Assembly (NCBI RefSeq): GCF_006345805.1
Contig: NC_043010.1
Location: 58,714,001-58,778,000 of the forward strand
Reading direction: 5' to 3'
DNA: 64,000 nt
DNA from: Octopus sinensis
Taxonomy: Eukaryota
The translations under genes and the position numbers were made by a program. The notes below the pieces were generated by a model. The model searched no databases. It saw nothing but the letters and a program-made list of their open reading frames with translations, and was not told the origin of the DNA. Below are positions 28,302 to 40,562 of the stretch, one piece after another (position 1 is the stretch's first letter; the number at the start of each line of letters is the position of its first letter).

Positions 28302-28462
28302 TCGGAGTGGTTGTCGTTAGGAAGGGCATCCAGCTGTAGAAACACTGCCAGATCTGACTGGACTGGTGCAGCTTTCGGGCTCCCCAGACCCCAGTTGAAC
28401 CGTCCAACCCATGCTAGCATGGAAAGCGGACGTTAAATGATGATGATGATGATGATGATGAT
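28302..28462 (+). mobile_element. RTE 3'-UTR-only copy with a (GAT)n tail
   Basis: ggagtggttgtcgttaggaagggcatccagctgtagaaac...gttaaatgatgatg. Confidence 0.8.
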
Positions 28463-28770
28463 ATACACACTTGCATATATATGTTACAGTTGTACAACTT
28501 CAGTGGCCACCACTATTAACCACTTTTTAAATTTACTTTCATTTCTAAATGTTTTGGGGTCAAATCCTGTACAAGGTCAGCTTTGATCTTCACCCTCTCG
28601 GGGTCAACGATATGAATTCTTGTAACAAGATATTCTTCCAATATTTATTTATGCATCTCTCTTTTTTTAGGAAGTTAGTCCTTTATCTAAATAAGAATAT
28701 ACTGAGATGTATATATAGATATATTATATATAGATATAGATATATATACACATCTCTATGTACATATATT

Positions 28771-28814
<44 letters not shown>

Positions 28815-29791
28815 TTACATACATATGTATATGTATGTATATGTTTATATAGATATATGTGTCTGTGTGTATATATGTGGGTGTGTTTGTGAATGTGTGT
28901 GTCTGTATATATTTGCATAAATTATTCTATGGATTCACGCATTGAATGATTATGTCTATGCATGCACGTGTATGTTTGTATGCACACACTTACAAACACA
29001 CACACACACACACACACATACATACGTGTGTATATGTCTGTGTATCTGTGTTTGTATATGCATGTTCATATATATATATTTGCATATTTGTGTGTGCATG
29101 TGTTGGTTGTAATATGAGAGTTCAATGCCAGTAGGGGCTGCCAGTTTTGCCCCTTAATTGATCGATGAGCTCCATAGAGCTTAGATTGATGGGGTTTCTT
29201 CACTATGCATACACACACGCACACACACAATCAACCACATGCACACACACACTGCATACACACACACACTGCATACACACACACGCACACACTCACACAT
29301 GTGCTTTACATGCCTACACACAAACATCTGAGCTGCATACAACATATGTGTACTTTTGTATACAGGAATTCACATTGTCTGTCTATCTATCTGTCTGTCT
29401 GTCTGTCTACATGTCTGTCTGCCTATCTGTCTGTCAGTCAGTTTGTCTGTCTATCTGTTTAGCTATCTATCTATGTGTCTGTCTGACTGTCAGTCGGTCA
29501 GTTTGTCTGTCTGTCTATCTATCTATCTATCTATCTATCTGTCTATCTGTCTATGTGTCTGTCTGTCTGTCTGTCCCTCTGTCTATCTATCTATCTGTCT
29601 GTCTGTCTGTCTTTCTATCTACCTGTCTGTCCGACTGTCTGTATGTACTGAAAGAAAGAAAATGAAGAAAGATAGATGTATGAATAATTTATTTGTATGT
29701 TATAAAAATGTTGAAATTTTTTAGAAATAACAATACAAATAAGTTATAAATTGTAAAGCTCAAAAAGAAATGGGAGATGGGATAAAAAAAA

Positions 29792-29910
29792 AAAGCCTAC
29801 ATATATGTTTCGGTTCATTCCCCTGGTTGATAGGTAATTCTAAGCATTTGGTTATAGGCTAAGAATGAGATCATTTTTAACTATACGGGGATGAACTTCT
29901 TCAGGGATTT
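29792..29910 (-). ncRNA. Type I hammerhead ribozyme with a long loop II and an A-C mismatch at the base of stem II
   Basis: aaatcc-CUGAAGA(29904-29898)-AGUUCAUCCCC...GGGGAAUGAACC-GAAA(29811-29808)-C-AUAUAU-GUA-ggcttt. About 10 bp of stem II; stem I has 2+3 bp around one mismatch. Confidence 0.7.
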
Positions 29911-29978
29911 TATGAGATTATAGAACAAAGGTTAACATATCTCTTGAAAGGATGCATACAAGCATATATATGTATATA

Positions 29979-30139
29979 GGTGCAGGAGTGGCTGTGTAGT
30001 AGGTAGCTTGCTTACCAACCACATGGTTCCGGGTTCAGTCCCACTGTGTGACATGTTGGGCAAGTGTCTTCTTCTATAGCCTCGGATTGACCAAACCATT
30101 GTGAGTGGATTTGGTAGATTGGAACTGAAAGAAGCTTGT

Positions 30140-30172
<33 letters not shown>

Positions 30173-30535
30173 GCGCAGGAGTAGCTGTGTGGTAAGTAGC
30201 TTGCTTACCAACCACATGGTTCCGGGTTCAGTCCCACTGCGTGGCACCTTGGGTAAGTTTCTTCTACTATAGCCTCGGATTGACCAAAGCATTGTGAGTG
30301 GATTTGGTAGATGGAAACTGAAAGAAGTTCATCATATATATGTGTGTCTTTGTTTGTTCCCCCCCCCAACATCGCATGACAACCGATACTGGTGTGTTAA
30401 CATCTCCGTAACTTAGCAGTTCGGCAAAAGAGACCGATAGAATAAGTACTAGGCTTATAAAGAATAAGTCTTGGGGTCGATTTACTCGACCAAAGGCAGT
30501 GCTCCAGCATGGCCACAGTCCAATGACTGAAACAA
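29979..30535 (+). mobile_element. SINE family B: head-only copy followed by a full copy (30172-30535)
   Basis: Duplicated head; A/B-box-like motifs. Confidence 0.85.
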
Positions 30536-31859
30536 ATAATATAAAAATATTAAATAAAATGTCTCTTCTATAATCATAATGTATCTAAGAGTACATCATT
30601 TAAGAGTGATGCTGCATTGGTTATGGAACAGCCTGCTTGTGAAATGAACATGCAGGTGGCTGAGTACACCACGGACAACATATCCTTATGTTGTCTGTGT
30701 ATATGTGCATCACAGTGTGACGAGGCTGGCCCTTTGTATTACAGGTGTAACCCAGTTTTGCCAGCTGAGTGGATTGGAGCAATGAAGTGACTTGCTGAAG
30801 GTTACCATGCACCACCAGGAATTGAACTCATGACCTTACAATTGCAAGCTGAATCCCCCGAACCACTGAGCTACATGCCTTCACTCACAACATTATTTTA
30901 TTTATCTTTCACATGTGTAAGACAGCAGGGAGTGATTTGAGGGAGATTTAGTTGCTATTTGTAGCAGCTGGAGCAACCTGGAAGAGGTCTTTCTCATTGG
31001 CTCTGTGTGTGTGTGTGTGTGTGTGTGAGATGGGGTTCTGTGACCAAAACAGGGGAACTCAGTCAGGTGAGAGTTAAAATCATAGACAGGGACCATTCTC
31101 TCATTCTTGGGTCTTCAATTGAATGAATAACTGGAGGCACCAAAAGACATGATTGTCACAGAGTTGTATGTGGTTCCTGCTGTTACTAGAAATAACAGCC
31201 AAATATCCTTCAGACTGATAATAATTTTGATGAAGCTGGAGAATGCAATGACTGTGATGATGATGATGATGATGAGGTGATGATGGTGGTGGAGATGGAG
31301 ATGGTGGTGGTGGTTGTGGTGGTGAGAGTAGTATGTCTAGACCAATTGGTGAGATACCAATCCCTCTAAGGTCAGAACTCTCATGTGGACTGTTGCCAAG
31401 GTAACAACAGAGAGGCCACCAATACACTGTTCTCTGTCACACACACACACACACACACTGCCACCACCACCACCACCACCACTACTACTATACATAAACA
31501 TATATGAGTGTTTGTTTATGTATACATACATACACAGACGTATGTACAACAATATACACGTGTGTGCACGCGTGTGCATGCGTTTGCATGCTTATTTGTG
31601 AGTGTCTGTGTGTCTGTGTGTGTGTGTTTTTAGAGATCAGGAGTTACACAGACAACAAACTGTTAAGATTTATTAATTTACATAAAAGTCACAACTGTCT
31701 AAATGTGTAGTGTGTGTGTGTGTGTGTATGGGAATATATGCATATATACATACATGAATGTACTTATATATGTAATACTCATTGTAAACCATCACATGAT
31801 GTCTAGACAAGGATGCACGTATACACAGACAAGCATACACACACACACAAACGTTTACA

Positions 31860-31869
31860 TATGTATATG

Positions 31870-31951
<82 letters not shown>

Positions 31952-31990
31952 TAAATATACATATATATATATATACATATATATATATAA

Positions 31991-32041
<51 letters not shown>

Positions 32042-32042
32042 C

Positions 32043-32088
<46 letters not shown>

Positions 32089-32190
32089 ATATATAAACAT
32101 ACTATATATATATATATATATAATATATATATATATATTATATATATATATATATATACATATATATTATACATATATATATATATAATA
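31860..32190. repeat. Long interrupted (TA)n tract, representative of many TA/CA tracts in the window
   Basis: Direct inspection. Confidence 0.95.
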
Positions 32191-32319
32191 AAATATTATG
32201 GAATAAATCCAAACTTACAGGGAAAAATCAGATTTAGGATTGAATCCAATTTTATAGTAAAATATTATATTATATATATGTATGTATGTTTATATATATA
32301 TGTGTGTATATATATATCC

Positions 32320-33590
32320 ATGACTCCTTTTCACTTGATGCCAAGGACATATTTTCCAATGGCTATTGTGAATCGGTATCACTATACAACAAAGCCAAGG
32401 ACATAATCATTGTTGGTCTTTACAGGCCTCCCCAAGCACCTCTAAACTGTTTTGAAGAGTGCCTTAGCAAAGTCAAGTACTTCCTTCAGAAGTACAACTC
32501 CGGAAACATACTAGTGATGGGCGATTTTAACCTCCCTCATGTGAACTGGCCCACAAATACTCTGAAATTAGGCAAATGCTCTACATCAGATAGAGCAGCA
32601 GCAGAACTGCTCTTTAATCTAATGGATGAATACTTCCTGACTCAGATAGTGCTCGAACCAACGAGACAGAATAAAACGATCTTGGATCTGGTATTGACCA
32701 ATCACTCTAGCTTCATTCACAGTATTTCAGTTGAAAAAACTCTCCTCTCAGACCACGACATGGTACTCTGCAATTTTAATTCCCGACATATAAAAACCAA
32801 ACCAGCCAATCCCACTCCATGGCACTCATTTGACAACATAAACTTCCACAAAGCGGACTGGGGGGCAATCAGAAAGGATCTGTCTTTCATCGACTGGTCT
32901 TTTACTCTCAATTCCACCCATATTGAGACCGCATGGCAGCACTTTGACAACATTGTCACCTATACATGCTCTAAACACGCTCCCATGAAATCTACTAACA
33001 CAAACAGAAATCGGCTCCCTAAAAAGAAGAAAACACTCATCAGGCGCATCAAAAGACTCAACAAAAAAATCAACCAATTAAAATATTCCCACATACAACA
33101 TCTACATTCAACAACAATGAAAAGGCTAGAGCTGGAAAAACTTCATCTGCAGACCGACATGAAAACCTCCACTGAAAATCAAAGAGCTGCAGAGGAACAG
33201 TGGGTAATCAAAAGAGTTAAACAGAACCCAAAAGTGTTCTATTCTTATGCAAATAAGCATAGAACCTCTGTCTCACCCATTGGACCATTGATCGATGATA
33301 ACGGCATTCCCCAACACGATGCTAAAGAAATGGTAGAAGTACTGCAGAAGCAATACTGCTCTGTCTTTAGTGTTCCCACTGATATTGACGTAAGAGAAGC
33401 GAACGAAGTTGACTCCCAACATAAAATCTCTGACATAACCTTCACTGCCACTGACATCATAGCAGCAATAAATGAGGTCAAATACTACTCTGCTGTAGGC
33501 CCTGATAGATTCCCCGCTAGTCTCCTGAAGGAATGTAGACACCAACTTGCAGTCTCTCTGACCAACCTCTGGAGAAATTCATTTGACACT
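32320..33590 (+). mobile_element. CR1-like LINE ORF2 fragment: APE endonuclease plus linker, RT absent
   Basis: Open frame 32286-33650 with GLYRPP, VMGDFNLPHVNW, PTRQNKTILDLVLTN, LSDHDMV, KVFYSYAN and SAVGPDRFPASLLKEC; it ends at a palindrome before the RT core. Confidence 0.88.
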
Positions 33591-33919
33591 TTAGAAATTT
33601 CTAAAGTGTCATTAAAGTTTAATGACACTTTAGAAATTAGTAGGAAGTAATATAATGTACTATTGACTATGTATATTTGCATCTAGGTACTAATATGTGT
33701 ATGTTTATTATCACAATATTAAGTTGAAAAACTGAAACATTGAATGTGGAACACATATATGTTTACTAATTTATATTACTTATTTACATCATTATGTATT
33801 TGTATATTTTTATGTATAGGAGTGTGAGTATATGCACTCATATGTATATGTATATGTTGTATTATGGGTATGTACTCACACCCATATGAGTATATATGTA
33901 GACTGATTTATATCACATA

Positions 33920-34046
33920 ATCTCTGAAGAGGCCTTATGATATTTTTGTAAATGTCTCATTTATATCTATATATTGACCTACCATAAAAGGCTAATATTG
34001 GTAAAATGAGACATACTTATCTACATGGCCGAAACAGCTGTAAGAT
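33920..34046 (+). ncRNA. Type I hammerhead ribozyme with a long structured loop II (PLE-type)
   Basis: atct-CUGAAGA(33924-33930)-GGCC...GGCC(34027-34030)-GAAA-C-AGCU-GUA-agat. Stem I is 4 bp; palindromic AGCU tetraloop; 11-bp internal helix 33952-33962/34004-34014. Confidence 0.8.
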
Positions 34047-34550
34047 GTAATCTATACTTATATTTATATTCTCTTTTATATATATTCTACTTATTATGCA
34101 ACATTACTCTTTTATGTACACTTTTTTATGTACATTCCTTTATGTACACTGATTTATTCTGCTTTTTTATGTTTAACCCTACAGTCTCTTATGTGGTGGT
34201 TTAATAAAGTATGTGATTGAGTATTATCTGGTAATTGATGTTTGATTTAGTTGTATTTCTCCATTTTCTTATCTTGTATTAGTAATTTGTGATAAATCAT
34301 TTTACCTTTGCCCATATAATACAGTAAATGAATTGATTGCATCGCAATCCTTAACATTTATGTATTAACTTTGTTGGGTACTTCACTAGCAGTATATTGG
34401 ATATATGTTATCCCATGGAGGGTTGCATTTACAACCCCTATCTCAATTGTGTGTGTATATATATATATATTATATATATATATATATTATATATTAAAAA
34501 TATGAAATAGTGACATATATATATATATATATATAAAAATATGAAATAGT

Positions 34551-34602
<52 letters not shown>

Positions 34603-34671
34603 CACTATTTCATATTTTTTATTTTGCACCTGCATTTTTGGGGTTTTAATTTTGATGTGTGTGTGTGAATA

Positions 34672-35470
34672 TACAGGGTGCAATGGGTAAATTGTTGCTA
34701 TTTTATATTTTCAACTTCATACATGCGCATTGTTTGTTTTCGATTTTGTTGACCACACAGTATAGTAGGGTCAATTGGGCACCATCTGTGGGAAAGACAG
34801 CACCACAAAACAATTTACTCTGCCAGAAATTTGGAAGTGACATACTGTACTGCTTGGTATTCACACTGGAAGCTCCAATACAAACATTTCAGAGTGTTTG
34901 GGTGTCAATCTGTGGACATGTAATGAGAGTGATAAAAATCAGATATCCAGTCAACATTATGATGTTTGGAGTGATCACTAGTGATGGTGACATTATGCCT
35001 CCATTTACCTTCCTACACAGCCTCAGACTCAACACAGAGGCCTACACCAAGTGCCTTGAAGAGGTAGTGCTGCCTTGAGTCAAGAGGGTGGCTGCTGGAA
35101 GACTCTATGTCTGGCAACAGGACTCTGCACCACGCCACAAAAGCAGGAGAACCCAGTCATGGCTGTCAGACAACTTCTGCGACCACATCACCCATAAAAT
35201 CTATCCACCCAACTCCCCACACCGCAACCCCCTCGATTATTATGTATGGGGTGCAGTTGAGTGAGAGACCAACAAAACTCCTTGTAACACCAAAGATGAA
35301 CTGAAGGCAAGAATTATGGCAGCATTCACCAACTTAAACAAGGAGACAATCCAGAAGAGTTGCAGGAGATTCCAAAGTCATCTGGAGGCTGTTGTTGAAG
35401 CCAATGGTGATTTTATTGAATAAATTTACTCTTTACTATTTCAAGATATTTTTATGTAATTTTGGTAAAT
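34672..35470 (+). mobile_element. Internally deleted maT (DD37D) Tc1/mariner transposon
   Basis: TA + CAGGGTG terminus; MMFGVITSDG, WQQDSAP and PPNSPHRNPLDYYVWG with 37 residues between the 2nd and 3rd Asp; ends EANGDFIE*. Confidence 0.85.
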
Positions 35471-35471
35471 A

Positions 35472-35978
35472 TTGCCAGCCTCGGCTGGCCCCCGTGCCGG
35501 TGACACATAAAAGCACCGTCCGTTCATGGCCGTTTGCCAGCTCTGTCTGGCCCCTTGTCGGTGGCACGTAAAAGCACCATCGGTTCGTGTTCGTTGCCAG
35601 CCTCGGCTGGCCCCCGTGCCGGTGACACGTAAAAGCACCGTCCGTTCGTGGCCGTTTGCCAGCTCTGTCTGGCCCCGTGTCGGTGGCACATAAATACACC
35701 ATCCCCTCGTGTTCGTTGCCAGCCTCGGCTGGCCCCGTGCCGGTGACACGTAAAAGCACCATCCGTTCATGGCCGTTGTGCCAGCTCTGTCTGGCACGTA
35801 AAAAACACCCACTACACTCGCGGAGTGGTTGGCGTTAGGAAGGGCATCCAGCCGTAGAAACACTGCCAAATCTGACTGGGCCTGATGAAGCCTTCCGGCT
35901 TCACAGACCCCAGTTAAACCGTCCAACCCATGCTAGCATGGAAAACGGACGCTAAATGATGATGATGATGATGATGAT
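35472..35978 (+). mobile_element. RTE 3'-UTR copy with an expanded internal 122-bp (2 x ~61 bp) array, inserted into a maT remnant
   Basis: ttgccagcc recurs at 35472, 35594 and 35716; (GAT)n tail ends at about 35978. Confidence 0.85.
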
Positions 35979-36432
35979 CTGTTAAAATGTGTTATGGCAA
36001 GAATCATGACACCCCCTGTGGGAATGGACTAGCCGAACTCGTATATGTAGCAGTGTGGTCGTGTGAGAGCAATAGATGAGAAATCGCAGGAAGTCGAAAG
36101 GTGTCGTCTGTGAATTTGTGGAGTCACAGGAAATTGTTGAGAAGTTGTTTTGGATTGGTTACAGTTGTTGGCAGAGTATTTGGGAATACAACAATGGAGA
36201 CAGTTGCTGTCTACCTCGTTCTGCAGTACCATATATCACACTGTTGGTGCACGAGACTAGGGTCACATATACAGAAACCATGTTATAAGAAGGATGAGAT
36301 GTCAGAATTAGCTTCATTTTTGTGTAATTTAGATGACAATATATTCACCACACCCAGTATATATACATGTATATATATATATAGACACATGTGTATGTGA
36401 ATGTAGACAGCTAAGTAGGTTGATAGATAGAA

Positions 36433-36666
36433 GGGTGGTGAGCTGGCAGACACGTTAGCACGCCGGGTGAAATGCTTAGCGGTATTTCGTCTGCTGCTAC
36501 ATTCTGAGTTCAAATTCCACCGAAGTCGACTTTGCCTTTCATCCTTTCGGGGTCGATTAAATAAGTACCAGTTACGTACTGGGGTCGATATAATTGACTT
36601 AATCCATTTGTCTGTCCTTGTTTGTCCTCTCTGTGTTTAGCCCCTTGTGGGTAGTAAAGAAATAGG

Positions 36667-36667
<1 letters not shown>
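36433..36667 (+). mobile_element. SINE family A
   Basis: Same head, core and tail as 4563-4830. Confidence 0.85.
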
Positions 36668-36736
<69 letters not shown>

Positions 36737-36856
36737 GACAGACAGATAGATAGATAGATAGGTAAGTAGGTAGGCAGGTAGACAGACAGACAGACAGACA
36801 GATAGATAGATACACAAACAGACAGATAGATAGATAGATATTTTTGGTACACACAA

Positions 36857-36903
<47 letters not shown>

Positions 36904-37262
36904 AATATCACTTAAGCATTGCCAGACTAATGACTTGGTGTAGCACTCAATATACGTATGACGTTTCAGAATGTTGGCCGAGTAAAGAGCAGCAATAAAA
37001 GAAACAGATGACGAAGAAGGAAGAAATGATGATCTTATGAACTTCATTATAAGAGAAGTGGACTCAATACTTGAGGGCCTGATTAACACCTCACAGCTTC
37101 ACCAGGGCCTCATTAAGCTAATGAATTCATTAAAATAATCATTTATCCCTCATTTTCTCATCTCTTATTTATCTCACTTTCTTATACATATATATATATA
37201 TATATGTAGACGTACATATACATATACACACATATATACGTATACACTGACATGCAATTGCA

Positions 37263-38245
37263 CATCATCATCATCATCATCGTTTAACGTCCGTTTTCCA
37301 TGCTAGCATGGGTTGGACGGTTCAACTGGGGTCTGGGAAGCTAGGAGGCTGCACCAGGCCCAGTCTGATCTGGCAATGTTTCTACAGCTGGATGCCCTTC
37401 TTAACGCCAACCACTCTGTGAGTGTAATGGGTGCTTTTTACATGCCACTGGCACAGGTACCAGATGAGGCTGGCAACGGCCACAATCAGATGGTTCTCTT
37501 ACGTGCCACCAGCACTGGTATCACAACTACAATTTCCATTGATGTTGATTGATTTCGATTTTGATTCTGATTTTCACTTGCCTCAACAGGTCTTCACATT
37601 TTTGTGTCCCAAGAAGGAAAGGTATGCATAAGTGGATAGGCTACATCCCAGGTAGAGGCCATGGGTTATGGTCTCACTTGTCCTGCCGGGTCTTCTCACA
37701 CACAGCATACTTCCACAGGTCTCTGTCTCTAGTCATTTCCGCAGTGAGACCTAAAGTTCAAAGGTCATGCTTCACCACCTCGTCCCAGGTTTTCCTGGGT
37801 CTACCTCTTCCACAGGTTCCCTCAACCGCTAGGGTGTGGCACTTTTTTACACAACTATCTTCATCCATTCTTACCACATGACCATACCAGCACAGACGTC
37901 TCTCTTGCACACCACAACTGATGCTTCTTAGGTCCAACTTTTCTCTCAAGGTAGTTACACTCTGTCGACTATGAACACTGACATTACACATCCATCAGAG
38001 CATACTGGCTTCATTTCTTGTGAGCTTACGCATATCCTCAGCAGTCACGGCCCATGTTTCACTACCATGTAGCATGGCTGTACGTACACATGCATCATAC
38101 AGTCTGCCTTTTACTCTGAGCGAGAGGCCTTTTGTCACCACCAGAGGTAAGAGCTCTCTGAACTTTGCCCAGGCTATTCTTACTCTAGCAGTTACACTTT
38201 CAGCACACCTGCCCCCGCTACTGACTTGGTCACCTAGGTAAGCAG
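37263..38245 (-). mobile_element. RTE-clade LINE 3' end (same family as 15500-17250) with a (GAT)n tail
   Basis: LGDQVSSGG...RIAWAKFRELLPL...HGSETWAVTAEDM...GRGRPRKTWDEVVKHDL, then the shared 3' UTR and an ATC-repeat tail at 37263-37282. Confidence 0.92.
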
Positions 38246-38329
38246 ATATGGCTGACAAGACTGACATGGAAAAGGCAGCTCCTGTGGCTCTGAAGGCATT
38301 GAAAGGGACCCCACTCCTTCATGCTATCT

Positions 38330-38930
38330 CCTCTTATTCAGTTTCTCAATGATCCACTCCAGCACCACATGTGGACTTTCATGCCTTCCAATTAACAACC
38401 AGGGTTTCCAACCAGTTGGCAGAGACACCACATAAGATGGGAGGCTGCTTGAGATGTTCATGAAAACAATGGTTTAAGCATTCATGGGGTCTACTCCCAG
38501 TCTCGATCTCACTGAAGAAGACCATCTTTGGGAGTCAGTTGTCCAGCATCTGAATCACATGGCAAACCCAGCAAAAAAGACAATGAACGATGCAAGCCTC
38601 AAGGAGGATCTTGATACAGGACACCTTGTCCTTGCTTGTGAGGCCAAGGATACTTTGGCCTGATCTGACATGGAATGCTTCTAGTTGTCTGATTTGGCAG
38701 TGATAAAGGGTCCAGAACTCAGACCGATGCAGGAAGGGGAATCCACAGAGGGGCTCAATAAATGGAGACTTTTGTAATTTCTCTGACTCACACATGGAGT
38801 CTCCTGAAAGATGCAGAGGACAAGTTGAGCCAATGGAGTAGCTCTGCATCAATGAGTCCAGCCTTAAGGATTGTGCTTCTATGAGAGCAGACTGAGTCCA
38901 CCCGACGTAGAGGAGCATCACAAATAAGGA
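38330..38930 (-). mobile_element. RTE (BovB-like) LINE C-terminal fragment from a second RTE family
   Basis: SEFWTLYHCQIRQLEAFHVRSGQSILGLTSKDKV...WVCHVIQMLDN*LPK; heavily decayed. Confidence 0.65.
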
Positions 38931-39074
38931 CAGGCTGATTGGAAGGTGAGTACAAGGAGTCTGATTGAAGAACTTCAGCCAAGAGCATGTACATACAAAC
39001 CGATAGACGTATGGAGAATTCCCCTGTTGTATGTATTGAATACATATTGAAAACATCAAAACTTGTATCAAGAG

Positions 39075-39470
39075 CAAATATTATTGTTTGAGAGAAACAT
39101 GGAAAAGTATGTAGCATCATAGAAGTCAGCTGCCCTGCTGATGTGAATATCATTTTGAAAATTAAAGAGAATAACTATGGACAGCTGCTTCAAACCCTTC
39201 AGACTCTACAACCAGAATTTAAATTCACATTTATACCAAAAATAATTGATACACTTGATTTTGTGAGCAAATGCCCAAGTGACAATCTGGATACGCTAGG
39301 GTTTTCAGAAAAACCAATCAGCCAACTGATTTGCAGGCTACAAATACAGTCTGTAAGTGGAACAGTAAAAATATGCAAGACTTTTCTCAAGTTTCAGAAG
39401 TGACTTTCTTTATGTTATCTACATTCCAATGATGGAGTTTCATGTCTTTGTTAGAAAGCAGTTCCAGCTT
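39075..39470 (+). mobile_element. R4/Dong-like LINE 3' end (REL C-terminus)
   Basis: CSIIEVSCPADVN...FIPKIIDTLDFV...LQIQSVSGTVKICKTFLKF* is a typical REL-LINE terminus. Confidence 0.7.
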
Positions 39471-40562
39471 TACAGGAAGATTTCAAATAATGAAAAATAG
39501 AAGAGAACATACATACACCATCACCCATATTATCATAATTTTTATCATCGTTTATCGCATCCCCTTTTTTATCCACCTCTCACTCTCCCCTTACATTCCA
39601 CTCTCCCCTTATCACACATCCTTCCATCGCTCTCTCTCTCTCTCTCCTATCATCTGTATAATTCTGCTGTTGTTATTAACCAAATTAGAACTGGTTTCTA
39701 TAAACCATTTATATACTGCCAGTCACCACTCCCTCTCCCTTCTGCTACTCTCTACTGACATCCATCCACCCTTCTCATCCTCACTCACAATATCCCTACC
39801 CCTCTCCACCATCCACTACATTCACCTTCTACATTCATCTGACTACCCCCCCATCCATGCTTACCCCTGCCCAACCCTCTTGATTCTCCAGTGTCCATTC
39901 TCTTTTCTGTTCACCTTCTGGGACATCAGATAGGTTCCTGCACCTCATCACCAGAATACTTATCCCCTTTATTTTTTGTGGCTCAACCCAAACCTCCAGC
40001 ACCACCACCTCCACCGAATCCATGTAAAATGTGCTGTAGTCATGCATTGTCTCCGGAACACACCTCTCCTTACTCTTCGCATCATACATTAAACTTTTCA
40101 CTACTCTGCCTCTTACATTTCCTCTCAGTCAAGCGTCTCTTTAGTTTTGTTGGTTATAATAATGCATGGTTCATTGGTGCTACAAAAACGACAGAGCACC
40201 CAGCATAAGCTGTAAAGTTGTTGGCATTAGGAAGGGCATTCCATAGTATAAACTATATCAAACTGAAACACTGCAGCAAGACATGGTCAATGATGATGAT
40301 GACGACGACGACATATCTGAGTCTGAAAGATTGCTTGAAAAGACAAGGTTTGATTTATAAACTTACCAGTTTAATGTGTTTTCACGGCATGAAACTGCTA
40401 GTAGCTCATATTTAAATATTGCATATAATAAGGATATTTATCTCCCACTGGATGAAGTACTGTTTTGTTGATGCAACAAATAATGGAACAGTACATTATA
40501 CATATCTACATACATACATACGTACATACATATTTATGTTTATGTATATAATGAAGAAATTG

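Noticed and set aside
30172-30250. tRNA-like A/B boxes (also in other SINE heads)
   Set aside because: They continue into SINE bodies and I cannot fold a full cloverleaf; counted as SINEs, not tRNA genes.
35472-35800. Regularly spaced repeats resembling a CRISPR array (also 46744-46825)
   Set aside because: No unique spacers, no cas genes, eukaryotic context.
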